Source: Fibrobacteres bacterium CG2_30_45_31 | Lineage (GTDB): Bacteria; Fibrobacterota; Fibrobacteria; Fibrobacterales; Fibrobacteraceae | Length of the DNA stretch: 29,676 bases | Reading direction: 5' to 3' | NCBI GenBank assembly: GCA_001873075.1 | Contig: MNYL01000046.1 | Location: 1-29,676 of the forward strand | Shown: one piece after another, positions 1-8,448 of the stretch | Numbering within the stretch: position 1 is the stretch's first letter | How the letters are laid out: the number at the start of each line of letters is the position of its first letter | Made by a program: the position numbers and the translations under genes | The notes under the pieces: model-generated | The model's input: the letters and a program-made list of their open reading frames with translations, nothing else | Database searches by the model: none | What the model was told of the DNA's origin: nothing

Positions 1-353
1 TAAAAAACAGGTGTTGATAAAAAAACAATTTGTGCCGGTCTGGGAGAATTAGACAGGAAAAATGGAAATTATAATTGGATATCAGGGCTATTTTTAAGAC
101 CGAAAAGCAATGTTGCATGAACCCGGCTTCCGTAATCCCATTATTTTCGCCAATTGTTCTGTCGAAATTTCTAGACTACTTCACCCTGTTCCTTTTCCAC
201 AATGATCCTGCATTACACCTAACAAAAACCTCTTATCTCAGATAATTTTGTTGTTCTTTTTTCAAAGTACTATAGTTTTTAGTTCTAAAATATTTTCAAT
301 CTTCATTTCTAAAAACCATTTTAAAATTCATCGAGGCGTCGCGTAGGCTCACT

Positions 354-1169
354 TCAATTCTTTAAACACCGAAGGGACAGACCATACGTTTTACTGCCCT
401 CGTCCGTGTACACGTCCGTGTACTCGTAGCCCATGTACCGGTAGTACGCGCGCATAGAACCGTACTCCGTAGCCGTCCACCAATCACCGAGGAAGCCAAC
501 AACGCCGCCGAAGTTCGATCGGTAGTCGCCACCCGGCAAAGCGGAAAAACCGTAGGCGTCTATGGCATTGTTGTCATCGTTCCCGTCATCGTACCAGTCG
601 CTCGTTGCCTTGAGATACGTTCCGGCGTTGTCAGAACCACCCACATAATTTTCCAGAGTGGCCCACTCCGAACTCCAGGGCACATGCCACCCGTCAGGAC
701 AAATTCCCTGATGATTCGCATTAGAACCACCCCATGTGGCACTGTTATAAGCAGAGTCAATGTCCATCGCACTTGCCCACTGGTATAGGCGTCCGTATTT
801 TGCGCAGTTGTCCACACTGTTCTCGTAACACCAAGAACTGTCCACTGCGTAGTTCAGATTCTCCGCCATCCACGTCTGTGTGCCAATCGTCACAGTCATG
901 TAAGTCTGATTGTCGCGACAATCAGTTACTGTGTTAGTTCCGTAGGTGTTGGTGCAAGTCTCAACCGATGAGCTTGAGGATATGCCGACCGAGGAACTCG
1001 AAAGTCCAGAAGAAGAATTTAATTGTTCACTACTTGAAGAAAATTCAATAGAAGATGAACTCTCCACTTCAGACACGGAACTGTTATTTCCACTGTCACT
1101 GTCGCAAGCCGCCAAAATCAAGGCAACCGCCACAATACCAAATAATGTTGTCGACTTTTTATATTTCAT
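354..1169 (-). CDS. Secreted lipoprotein with FISUMP (Fibrobacter succinogenes major paralogous, TIGR02145-type) domain
   Basis: K-rich N-terminus plus hydrophobic core and lipobox 'LILAAC'. Ser-rich linker. C-terminal motifs 'GTQTWMAENLNY', 'YGRLYQW', 'CPDGWHVP', 'GFSALPGG' and terminal 'GLSLRCLKN' match the FISUMP domain as I recall it. Confidence 0.8.
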   Translation of the reverse strand: MKYKKSTTLFGIVAVALILAACDSDSGNNSSVSEVESSSSIEFSSSSEQLNSSSGLSSSSVGISSSSSVETCTNTYGTNTVTDCRDNQTYMTVTIGTQTWMAENLNYAVDSSWCYENSVDNCAKYGRLYQWASAMDIDSAYNSATWGGSNANHQGICPDGWHVPWSSEWATLENYVGGSDNAGTYLKATSDWYDDGNDDNNAIDAYGFSALPGGDYRSNFGGVVGFLGDWWTATEYGSMRAYYRYMGYEYTDVYTDEGSKTYGLSLRCLKN

Positions 1170-1510
1170 TTGTTATTTGCTCCTTACCTTGAGTAATTCT
1201 CTATTCTGCAATTATTACAATTCACAAAATAGCAGTTTTAATGAGTTTGTACAAATGACGGACGGCAAGACACCTTTAAAATGCCATTCACAACCCACAA
1301 TTTCACAATGGTGATAACAGAATGTGTTATACGATGGAAAAGCAATGACTTGATCACTATTTCCGTTGCGTTGTCAGGAAAATATGTTGGCATGGAGGAA
1401 ACCACGTAGCGTTTGTATAGGCATCTTCTAAAAATTCGGAAGATTTCTACACTAGAGGGATTTTTTATTCGTCTTATAGTTCTCAATTTGCATACAAATA
1501 CGAATTAATG

Positions 1511-1611
1511 CTACCAATATGAGAACCTGATCTCAAAAAGCTCTCTGCTGAATGCTATTAAAGTTGTCTGGGAGAAAATGATATCCATATTATAAACGCT
1601 CTCTTTCCCAT
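1511..1611 (-). pseudogene. Decayed 5' fragment of a paralogue of the 27331-27828 gene
   Basis: Minus strand reads ATGGGAAAGAGAGCGTTTATAAT followed by ORF MDIIFSQTTLIAFSRELFEIRFSYW*. The intact gene has ATGGGAAAGAGAGAGTTTATAATG and MNTISPETTLIAFSRNHFEICLSII. 14/25 residues are identical. Premature TAG at 1511-1513. Weaker, frame-shifted similarity ('ICMQIENYKTN' vs 'ICLSIIEYENQ') continues toward about 1300. Confidence 0.5.
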
Positions 1612-2030
1612 TGATCCATTTTTTTGTTTACTTATTTGTGGAAGGATCTTTCGATTTTTATTTTTCCCCATCTATTTCAAAGTAGTGGTTTTCATAATCA
1701 TCCAGATGCTGACGATGAGCCTTGAATGCCCTTCACGTCCAGCATACCCTTCAAGCAGGATGAATTTCGCATGTGCATTCAAATATTCACGGCGGAAGAC
1801 GTTTCCAATGAAGCGGCTCACGTTGTACTTGCCAAGGCTGAATCCTCTTTCAAAAATTTTCATGATCGTGGGCGAAAGACGAATATGCCTTGCTCTGGAC
1901 AGTGTTTTGCCTCCGCTGGTTCCGCTTATTTGTTTTATAAATATTCTAAGCATCTCTAGGATACTAGCGTCACGTCGCGTAGGTCAGTCTGCCATCTGCG
2001 ATATATCCTTACTTGCCACCCGTAAACGGG

Positions 2031-2544
2031 TCAGAGTTTGCCCATCATTGTCAATTGTTCTCCCGCCTTGTCCTCGACAAGCTGATTTCGAATGTAAGCC
2101 GTTATTCTTGCTGCATTCTTACCTGCCGTGTCGACATAGTAACCTCGACACCAAAATTCCCTATTACGGTATTTGAATTTTAGTTCGGGAAACCGTTCAT
2201 ACAAAAGTAGGCTACTCTTCCCTTTTAGAAAACCGACAAAACTTGACACGGAAACCTTCGGCGGAATTTCGAGGAGCATATGAACATGGTCCGGACATAC
2301 TTCTGCCTCAATAATGTGAATCTGTTTCCATTCGCAAAGCTGTCGTAGAATACTGCCGATATCCTTCCTTTTTTCCCCATAAAACACTTTGCGCCTATAT
2401 TTAGGAGCAAACACAATATGATACTTACAATGTTCCCGTCAAGGCGAATGTCGCGGAAACGCTTCGGTTTCCATGACCGAGCCATAGGAACATGTTCGAA
2501 GAACCATTCCAGCTCGTGTGAGCTAATTTCTTTATATCTTCCAT
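2031..2544 (-). pseudogene. tnpA: IS200/IS605-family Y1 (HUH) transposase TnpA, reading frame interrupted by a 76-nt insertion
   Basis: ORF 2031-2414 carries 'CKYHIVFAPKYRRK' (in-frame just upstream of its GTG), HUH motif 'HVHMLLEIPP', 'FKYRNREFWCRGYYVDT' and the catalytic-Tyr region 'AYIRNQL'. It is very close to enterobacterial IS200 TnpA as I recall it. The true N-terminus 'MEDIKKLAHTSWN' (ATG at 2544) sits in another frame. Deleting 2430-2505 joins ..HTSWN|CKYHIVF.. and gives a 145-aa protein (438 nt). Confidence 0.8.
2430..2505. other. 76-nt structured insertion inside tnpA (boundaries +/-2 nt)
   Basis: The plus strand starts ATGTTCC (2430-2436), which is the inverted complement of GGAACAT (2487-2493). 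Perfect 10-nt palindrome GAACATGTTC at 2488-2497. Hairpin GGAAAC-GCTTCG-GTTTCC at 2455-2472. On the gene strand the insert is flanked by the imperfect direct repeat TGGAAT / GGGAACAT. Confidence 0.6.
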
Positions 2545-2547
2545 TTT

Positions 2548-2610
2548 GAAATTCCTTTGAGTCGTGATGCAGTTGGCAGACCGCATTCCGAATTTACTTG
2601 AAGGAATTTC
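2548..2610 (-). promoter_or_regulatory. 5'-UTR stem-loop sequestering the tnpA Shine-Dalgarno
   Basis: Perfect 10-bp inverted repeat GAAATTCCTT (2548-2557) / AAGGAATTTC (2601-2610), extendable by 3 further bp after 2 mismatches. In the mRNA the proximal arm AAGGAATTTC contains the SD (AAGGA), 8 nt before the ATG at 2544. This matches the known SD-occluding hairpin of IS200. Confidence 0.6.
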
Positions 2611-2784
2611 TTGTGTCACTAAGGATCGCCATAAGGCTTATACGGAACTACCCGCTCGTATCCCAGCTCCCTTCAAGCATCGCTTTAACTTCTGCAAAAG
2701 TAGAGCCAAAAACGCCGGGAATATAATGGAACGTCACCGTTCTTGTTGTCATTTTTCCTCCGATCAAAAAAAACGGGGTAAAAA

Positions 2785-3477
2785 TTATTTCCGTCTCATG
2801 GACACGATGGACAACGCTACAGCTTCGATGAACGGGAGCACTTCATGTTTGCTGAATCCCGTGACGAGATCGTGATCTGTCACCACCTTGGCAGGGACCT
2901 TCCGGCCATCTCCGCTTTCCGTAAAGACAACATTCGCGCCGCAATTGAGAATATCCGCCATCACCACCGTATGGCAGGTCACCCTGCGGCCATTCAAAAG
3001 CTCCGGATTGGGAGTCAGAATCCACAACCCGTGGCACAGGGCTCCTTTAATCAGCGTATTCCTCTTCATGGCCTCCGCAAAAAAGCGCACCATAGGCGCG
3101 GACTGCACCAGAGATCGCGGATCCGAAATATCAGGATCGTCAGGATAACGCAGACGCACGCTCACATAATTTGCGCTCATGATCACTGCCGTGTAATCAT
3201 CAAGATTGATTCGGCTCACGTCATTTTCATCCGGCACGACGATGGACTCCGGGGATTGCCAAGGCTGTTGGTCCGTAGAGTCCACATCGCTGTAGAACAC
3301 GGGACTCTTCCAGTACTTGCTACCTGGTTTGTAATCCCCATACCAAATGCGGGAAATCAGATCCACCTGCGCCCCATAGAGTGCAAATCCGCAACGGTAC
3401 GCCTCAATCTCCTCCGGAATGAACTTGTTCTCCACCACCACGGCGATTTTCTCGCCTTTCAGAGGTTTACTCACCAT
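2785..3477 (-). CDS. DJ-1/PfpI-family (class I glutamine-amidotransferase-like) protein
   Basis: Nucleophile-elbow motif 'IKGALCHGLWIL' (Cys-His). Beta-strand start 'KIAVVVENKF'. Size of 230 aa. 6-nt gap to the upstream gene, which suggests one operon. Confidence 0.8.
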   Translation of the reverse strand: MVSKPLKGEKIAVVVENKFIPEEIEAYRCGFALYGAQVDLISRIWYGDYKPGSKYWKSPVFYSDVDSTDQQPWQSPESIVVPDENDVSRINLDDYTAVIMSANYVSVRLRYPDDPDISDPRSLVQSAPMVRFFAEAMKRNTLIKGALCHGLWILTPNPELLNGRRVTCHTVVMADILNCGANVVFTESGDGRKVPAKVVTDHDLVTGFSKHEVLPFIEAVALSIVSMRRK

Positions 3478-3483
3478 GTTTCC

Positions 3484-5613
3484 TCACTTGGCGAAATTGA
3501 TGTCCGCAATACCGGCGCGTTCCTTTTGAATACGTGCCTCGAGATCTGGAGTCGTACGCCGAATCGGCAGAAATTCCACCTCCACCTCCGATTCCTCTTT
3601 GATATCCGAAATGTCCACTTGGAATCGGTGCGCATCCTGTACCGAACGAGGCATCCCATTCACCTTGATTCCTAGGATCTTCAGATCCCCAGGTCGGAAA
3701 AAGTCGGGCAGGACGTTTAGGGTTCTGATCCCGTTATTGCATTTCGGACGGAACGTGATTGTAAAGCTTTCGTCACCGCTCGCGCTAGGAACATAAGTGC
3801 GAATGTAGAGATGTGCGAGATAATTGAGCTCGAAGGAATGATATCCCGCAATGGCGTGTCCCCCTTGAATGTCATAGCCGTTCTGAACGATCGGGGAACC
3901 ACTTTCCGTCGTCCGGAAATAGATATTGCGGTTCTTCTGATCCACGAAATAAAGATTCCAAAACGCCGCGCAGTAACGTGCGAGTTCAAGGAATCGCGCC
4001 GATTCCTCATCCCCGGGCTTAATTCCCACCATGATGTAATAGGCGAGAATGGCCTGTTCCTGCTGCCAGAAGTCCTTTGTACTTTCCCACGCAAACTCCG
4101 TCGGCATGCCGTTCGAAGGATGACGCTCCAACGCGTCGTAGATTCCTCCACGGATAAGATCCACCCCTACCTCTTCCATGTTGTGACCAAGCATCTTGGC
4201 CGTCGCGTAACAGCGATCCGCCAGATCCTTATACTTTCCCTCATTCTTGCTCCCGTCCATAGCCGCATTATGGGAAAGACAAAGATAATAATGAGCACAA
4301 CGGGTCAGATTCCAGGAAATCTTCAGATTATGACCAACAATCCCGCGATCCTGTTGCCATCCCCACGAATGATCCGGCGTCCAGTCCGCAAAGAAGCGTT
4401 CATTCACGAATTTACTTCCATCCTGCGGTGGGAAATGCGTGAGAATATTTTCCACACAGTCATCCAGCATCTTGCGGCACAACACAAGAAGATTCTCCCA
4501 CGAAGAGTCCTGCTCGGCCGTTTTCGGCAGAGGATCAATCGCCAAAAGAAGGTTCACCAGATAAGCCGGAATGTGATCCCCGATAGAATTCCAGTTCTTG
4601 CGCATTTTGTTCTGGCCAAGCACTTCGGCATCCGGACGCATCGTCACTGGATCGATATGCGAAAAATAACCGCCCTTGCCCGTGAAACACGGATCATTGT
4701 TCCTCTTTTCATCCCGATAAAATTTTTCGAAAGAATTGATGGTCCGCGTGATATAAAAAAGGATGTTCGTGTCCTGCGTGATCCGATAATACTGCGTGAG
4801 CCCCGCCAAGGCATATATCTGCTCGTACAGCGCATAGGTCCCATTGTCATCCCCGTTCTTGGAACTGATGATGTCCTTCATGCTTTTGCCATCGTGCTTG
4901 CGGCTGAACTTCCAGAAACAGTACATATGGTCGTGAGTAAGCACAGAGAAGGCGTTGATCAGATAATGGGCGCAGGCTTTTGCGGCCGAAAACGCCCGGT
5001 CGTTCCCTGTCAGAAGATATGAAGAGGAAAGCCCGTAAAGAAAGCGTGACATCGTCGCGCACTCTTGTGTGTCATCCGATGTCGGGTCTCCCGAAAGATC
5101 CAGATTGGTACGGTAGAAACCAGAAAAGTCGTTCTCCGTGAGTTCTCGCTTATCCTTGAAAAGAACATCCATCCACTGCTCGAAAAGAGTATTAATCTGT
5201 TGCAGCCACCAGTGAGTCTCCTCCCACCCATAAGACCTCGGTATCGAGCCCATCAGAACCACCCGCCGGGCGCTGAAGGAAGAGACCTCTCCGTTCCGGC
5301 TCGCTACTCCCCGGATCGAAACCATTATGCCGACTTTGATGTATTTAAAAAGTGAACGCTTCGCATCCCACATCGCCGCATCCGACGCCTTGTCGCGCGA
5401 ACCTAGAAGCCTTTCCACTTCCTCTTCATCAGGCTTAGGGACTCTGTCTCGGGATTCATCCCCCACATTACGCAGGACTTCATACTGCGTATTCCGCGAC
5501 ACTCCCACATCAATCTCTTCACCAGAAAGCAACTTCAGACGCATCAGCGCCTCGCTCACATTCACAGACACTACTGAACCTGTAACCATAAGACTCCCAT
5601 ACTGGGCTTTCAT
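3484..5613 (-). CDS. AGE-superfamily (N-acylglucosamine 2-epimerase-like) (alpha/alpha)6-barrel protein with extra N- and C-terminal beta domains
   Basis: Repeated aromatic-rich helical motifs typical of AGE-type barrels: 'GGYFSHIDP', 'GHNLKISWNLTR', 'GGIYDALER', 'FWQQEQAILAYY', 'HAIAGYHSFELNYL'. Function not assignable from sequence alone. Confidence 0.55.
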   Translation of the reverse strand: MKAQYGSLMVTGSVVSVNVSEALMRLKLLSGEEIDVGVSRNTQYEVLRNVGDESRDRVPKPDEEEVERLLGSRDKASDAAMWDAKRSLFKYIKVGIMVSIRGVASRNGEVSSFSARRVVLMGSIPRSYGWEETHWWLQQINTLFEQWMDVLFKDKRELTENDFSGFYRTNLDLSGDPTSDDTQECATMSRFLYGLSSSYLLTGNDRAFSAAKACAHYLINAFSVLTHDHMYCFWKFSRKHDGKSMKDIISSKNGDDNGTYALYEQIYALAGLTQYYRITQDTNILFYITRTINSFEKFYRDEKRNNDPCFTGKGGYFSHIDPVTMRPDAEVLGQNKMRKNWNSIGDHIPAYLVNLLLAIDPLPKTAEQDSSWENLLVLCRKMLDDCVENILTHFPPQDGSKFVNERFFADWTPDHSWGWQQDRGIVGHNLKISWNLTRCAHYYLCLSHNAAMDGSKNEGKYKDLADRCYATAKMLGHNMEEVGVDLIRGGIYDALERHPSNGMPTEFAWESTKDFWQQEQAILAYYIMVGIKPGDEESARFLELARYCAAFWNLYFVDQKNRNIYFRTTESGSPIVQNGYDIQGGHAIAGYHSFELNYLAHLYIRTYVPSASGDESFTITFRPKCNNGIRTLNVLPDFFRPGDLKILGIKVNGMPRSVQDAHRFQVDISDIKEESEVEVEFLPIRRTTPDLEARIQKERAGIADINFAK

Positions 5614-5701
5614 AGCTCCTCCTGCATTTATTTTTAAGTCTAAAAGGATAATGCTCTTTCCCCTTAAAAGCTGAACCAGTTAAGCAACTGGTTTTTAATA
5701 T

Positions 5702-5878
5702 AAAAAGTTTCTTTGGCGTTTTCATTTCCAGTGCAGAATAGGGTGCATAAAAATTGTAAATCTTGACCCATCCGGCAATCTGCGCATGAACTGATTCAGG
5801 CGTATCCAGAGAGTTCTCGTACACGTAAGCCCGCTGGAGTACAGAAAGCGTCTTGGACTGTGTTAAATATGTCCAACT
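5702..5878 (-). pseudogene. Remnant of an IS3/IS481-type transposase (C-terminal end of the rve integrase core)
   Basis: 'KTLSVLQRAYVYENSLDTPESVHAQIAGWVKIYNFYAPYSALEMKTPKK' matches the conserved integrase-core tail (..wi..YN..RPHSAL...TP). No DDE core lies upstream, and the ORF runs into unrelated sequence. Confidence 0.6.
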
Positions 5879-6010
5879 ATTTGTCCGCACCCCCTTTTCG
5901 CATAGATTAGAAGATTGTCTTTGATTTAATTTCTTGGTCAAAATAGTACAAATTATGTTATTGTTACATTTATGGTCGCTGACATCTTTGATGAGAACCC
6001 GGGGTAGCAT

Positions 6011-8275
6011 ATGACACCGTCTTTACAAAGCCTTCTTATTTTTGTTCTATACTTGGCCATTCTTTATTCTGTCTACCATTTCGTCTTTAGGAAAAAAGGT
6101 AAGGACCTTTTTGATTTTATTCGTTTCTTTCTGATATGGATAGTGCTGATCGGGGGACTGATATGCTATTTCTTTGGGTATCGGGAACTCCACGGTTTCA
6201 ATATTTCATCTTTCCTTTTATCCCTGTATTCCACAGCGCGGTTGCTCATTCTCGGCAATGACCTGATAGAGATTGAGAAAGTCTTTGAACCCCAGAATCA
6301 TTTTTGGGAACTACATCTTGCGCTTTCACTAGTGATGGCAACCGTTGTTTTTATCTTCGCTGCTGGAATAATACAAATAGGTCTCATTATAACCCGCAAT
6401 AGACGGATGATCCGCAAATCTAGCGCAATAGGAAACAGTTTTTTCCTAGGTATGAATGAGGCTTCGCTGGCCCTAGCAAAGGACATTATCCATACAGAAG
6501 GATCTCAGCGGCTTGTTGTGTTTTTCGGGGTAGACGGTCGCATGACTTCAGAGCAATATAGGGAGGTATCCGTTTTCGGTGCGGCCGTGGTTGGTCAAGA
6601 AAGTTTACTAAACAAACTGAGACTGAAAAGCGAAGAATTTTTGCTTCAGTTCAGCGAGGCGGGAAATCGCAAGGTTGGTGGAAATTCATGCAGTAATGGA
6701 TACCTTGGAAGTTCGCAACTGCTAAACGCGCTCAGGAAAAGAAAAACGGACATATTCCTTTTGTCAGAAGACGGACACAGAAATATCCGTGATGCCAAGG
6801 CTCTGCTGAGCGAACTGAATAACAGTGACATTGGGCAACAGGTGACACTCTTTCTGAGGGCCAGCTTAACTGAACACATGGAGGAAGATCTCCATCGCCG
6901 CTTTTCCGGTAATTTAGGCATTGATGTTCATATCATTGATGATGCGGATATTTCTACGAATCAACTCGTGAGAGATCAGCCTCCTGTTGGCTTTATCCGA
7001 ATTGATACGGAGCATGCCATGGCCTTGGAAAATTTTAATGCCGTTGTCATCGGTTTTGGTTCGCGAGGTTCATCTATTCTCAGAAAGCTGATCGAATCTG
7101 GGCAGTTCATCGGTTCCCATTTCGGAGCCATTGTGATGGATCGCCATCTGGATGAGGTAACGGGTTCTTTCCGTAACAACTACCCAGGAATTTTAGACAA
7201 TTACAATGTCCGGTTCCAGGAGACTACCCTTAATGATGATATCTTCTATGACACACTCAGACAGCATCCCGACTATATGCGTTATGTCGTCATCACGCTG
7301 GATGATCCGGCTATGGGACTCCAAAAGGCCTTGGAAATAGAGAATATTGCGAACAGAATAGGAACTAAATGTCGTATTTTTGTGTATGCCGGAAACGATG
7401 ACGGCCTCGGGGAACTTTACAGGAAGGGAGAACACAGCAATGTAGAGATCTTTGGACGCAACAAAGATGTGTTTACCGGGAAAAATATAATCCGCAATGA
7501 CATTGAGAAGATGGCGCGACTAAACCATGATTTCTATATGGATCACAGCGACAAGAACTGGCAAAACAAACCTTGGCACACCCTCTCCAGAATGAAACAG
7601 ATATCCAATATTGCCTGCATGGAACACACATTGACGAAGCTCCATTTGGTTGGGCTGTCTGCGGAAGATGTACTTCGGTGTAGTTCGGAGGATGAGTTTC
7701 TTCGTCTGCTCGGAAACGAGAGACGGGAAAGTCTCGCCATCACTGAACATCTGCGCTGGAATGCCACCTATTTCATTCTCGGCTGGACCACCTGGAAATT
7801 GGATGACGCTACAGGTGATCAAACGAGTGATGAAATCAGAAAACGGCATGTCTGCCTTGTGGATTGGGAATTTTTGAATACTGTCGGAGAACGTTTCTAC
7901 GAAGTTAAGAAATACGACAGAATCATCGTTGACAAGATATATGCCCAAATCAAAAATGGATATTATCCTCATGGAAGGGAGACTGGAAAAATTGCGGCTT
8001 TGCATAATGGGAAAAGTGTCGGAAAGGATACTATCTCGATCATTAAAAAAGACTGTCTGGAATCCATCGCACAGAGTGTTCACGACACTTGGGTTGCAGG
8101 GCGCACGAAGGAAGGCTGGAAATATGGGAAGATACGTGATGAAATTAATAAGGAACATCCCTCTCTGATTCCTTATGACAGGCTCCCGGAATCTGAAAAG
8201 GATTATGACAGAAAGACTGCCATGACAACCATCCGGTGGTTGTCGGATCATCGATTTCTCCGTAGCGGGAAATGA
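6011..8275 (+). CDS. Multi-pass membrane protein with Rossmann (KTN/TrkA-N-like) domains and C-terminal RyR domain
   Basis: About 4 hydrophobic helices in aa 5-128, followed by 'RNRRMIRK'. GxGxxG Rossmann motif 'AVVIGFGSRGSSILRKL' (aa 344-360) and a degenerate earlier copy. RyR-domain signature 'SIAQSVHDTWVAGRTKEGWKYGKIRDEINKEHPSLIPYDRLPESEKDYDRKTA' (about nt 8048-8254). A weaker RyR-like repeat 'ITEHLRWNATYFILGW...KRHVCLVDWEFL' lies upstream of it. Confidence 0.7.
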   Translation: MTPSLQSLLIFVLYLAILYSVYHFVFRKKGKDLFDFIRFFLIWIVLIGGLICYFFGYRELHGFNISSFLLSLYSTARLLILGNDLIEIEKVFEPQNHFWELHLALSLVMATVVFIFAAGIIQIGLIITRNRRMIRKSSAIGNSFFLGMNEASLALAKDIIHTEGSQRLVVFFGVDGRMTSEQYREVSVFGAAVVGQESLLNKLRLKSEEFLLQFSEAGNRKVGGNSCSNGYLGSSQLLNALRKRKTDIFLLSEDGHRNIRDAKALLSELNNSDIGQQVTLFLRASLTEHMEEDLHRRFSGNLGIDVHIIDDADISTNQLVRDQPPVGFIRIDTEHAMALENFNAVVIGFGSRGSSILRKLIESGQFIGSHFGAIVMDRHLDEVTGSFRNNYPGILDNYNVRFQETTLNDDIFYDTLRQHPDYMRYVVITLDDPAMGLQKALEIENIANRIGTKCRIFVYAGNDDGLGELYRKGEHSNVEIFGRNKDVFTGKNIIRNDIEKMARLNHDFYMDHSDKNWQNKPWHTLSRMKQISNIACMEHTLTKLHLVGLSAEDVLRCSSEDEFLRLLGNERRESLAITEHLRWNATYFILGWTTWKLDDATGDQTSDEIRKRHVCLVDWEFLNTVGERFYEVKKYDRIIVDKIYAQIKNGYYPHGRETGKIAALHNGKSVGKDTISIIKKDCLESIAQSVHDTWVAGRTKEGWKYGKIRDEINKEHPSLIPYDRLPESEKDYDRKTAMTTIRWLSDHRFLRSGK

Positions 8276-8436
8276 ACCAGACAAAGGTTACACAAATGAA
8301 ACAAATAACTTTTATTTTTGACAATAATGTACTTACAAAATAAAAAAAAATAATATTGCCTGTTGAATGATCTTTTACTAACGTATTGCGAAAGGTTAGT
8401 TCTTAAATAGCTTGGCTAAACTAAAAATGAAATAGC

Positions 8437-8443
8437 AGGAGGG
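8437..8443 (+). promoter_or_regulatory. Shine-Dalgarno site (AGGAGGG) of the SIR2-like-TIR gene
   Basis: AGGAGGG lies 5 nt upstream of the ATG at 8449. It follows a 174-nt AT-rich intergenic region that contains TTGACA (about 8320), so the three-gene operon probably has its own promoter. Confidence 0.6.
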
Positions 8444-8448
8444 TCAAT

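Larger units (their letters stand above)
2018..2610 (-). mobile_element. IS200-like insertion sequence (approximate extent; true ends not determined)
   Basis: Contains the IS200-type tnpA (2031-2544), a 5'-UTR inverted repeat over the SD (2548-2610), and a small hairpin ACCCG-TAAA-CGGGT at 2018-2031 at the 3' end. No terminal inverted repeats are expected for this family, so boundaries are only bracketed. Confidence 0.4.

Noticed and set aside
337-347. Shared 11-mer CGTCGCGTAGG at 337-347 and 1973-1983, considered as a repeat element or IS end.
   Set aside because: Exact 11-nt matches are expected by chance many times in a 30-kb window, and the flanks show no further similarity.
1672-1953. 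93-aa minus-strand ORF directly downstream of IS200 tnpA. Considered as a tnpB fragment, an IS5-type transposase tail ('IFERGFSLGKYNVSRF') or a RelE/HigB-like toxin.
   Set aside because: None of these families' signatures could be aligned convincingly by eye, and competing plus-strand ORFs cover the same DNA. Left unannotated. A profile search of this ORF would settle it.
2018-2031. Hairpin ACCCG-TAAA-CGGGT overlapping the tnpA stop, considered as a terminator or IS200 right-end structure.
   Set aside because: Only a 5-bp stem with no T-tract. It is used only to bracket the IS extent, not as an independent feature.
2648-2752. 34-aa minus-strand ORF (MTTRTVTFHYIPGVFGSTFAEVKAMLEGSWDTSG) with a strong GGAGGA SD, between the DJ-1 gene and IS200.
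   Set aside because: Too short to assign. It may be the 5' stump of a gene truncated by the IS200 insertion, or a small peptide. No motif supports a call.
2845-3675. Long antisense ORFs inside well-supported genes: 2845-3675(+), 3811-5022(+), 7520-8284(-), 8455-9489(-), 11035-11583(-), 11659-12195(-), 20345-21025(-), 22229-22699(-).
   Set aside because: Each lies opposite a frame with clear family motifs. Their products are R/H/I/F-rich and low in complexity, with no recognisable motif. They are typical shadow ORFs.
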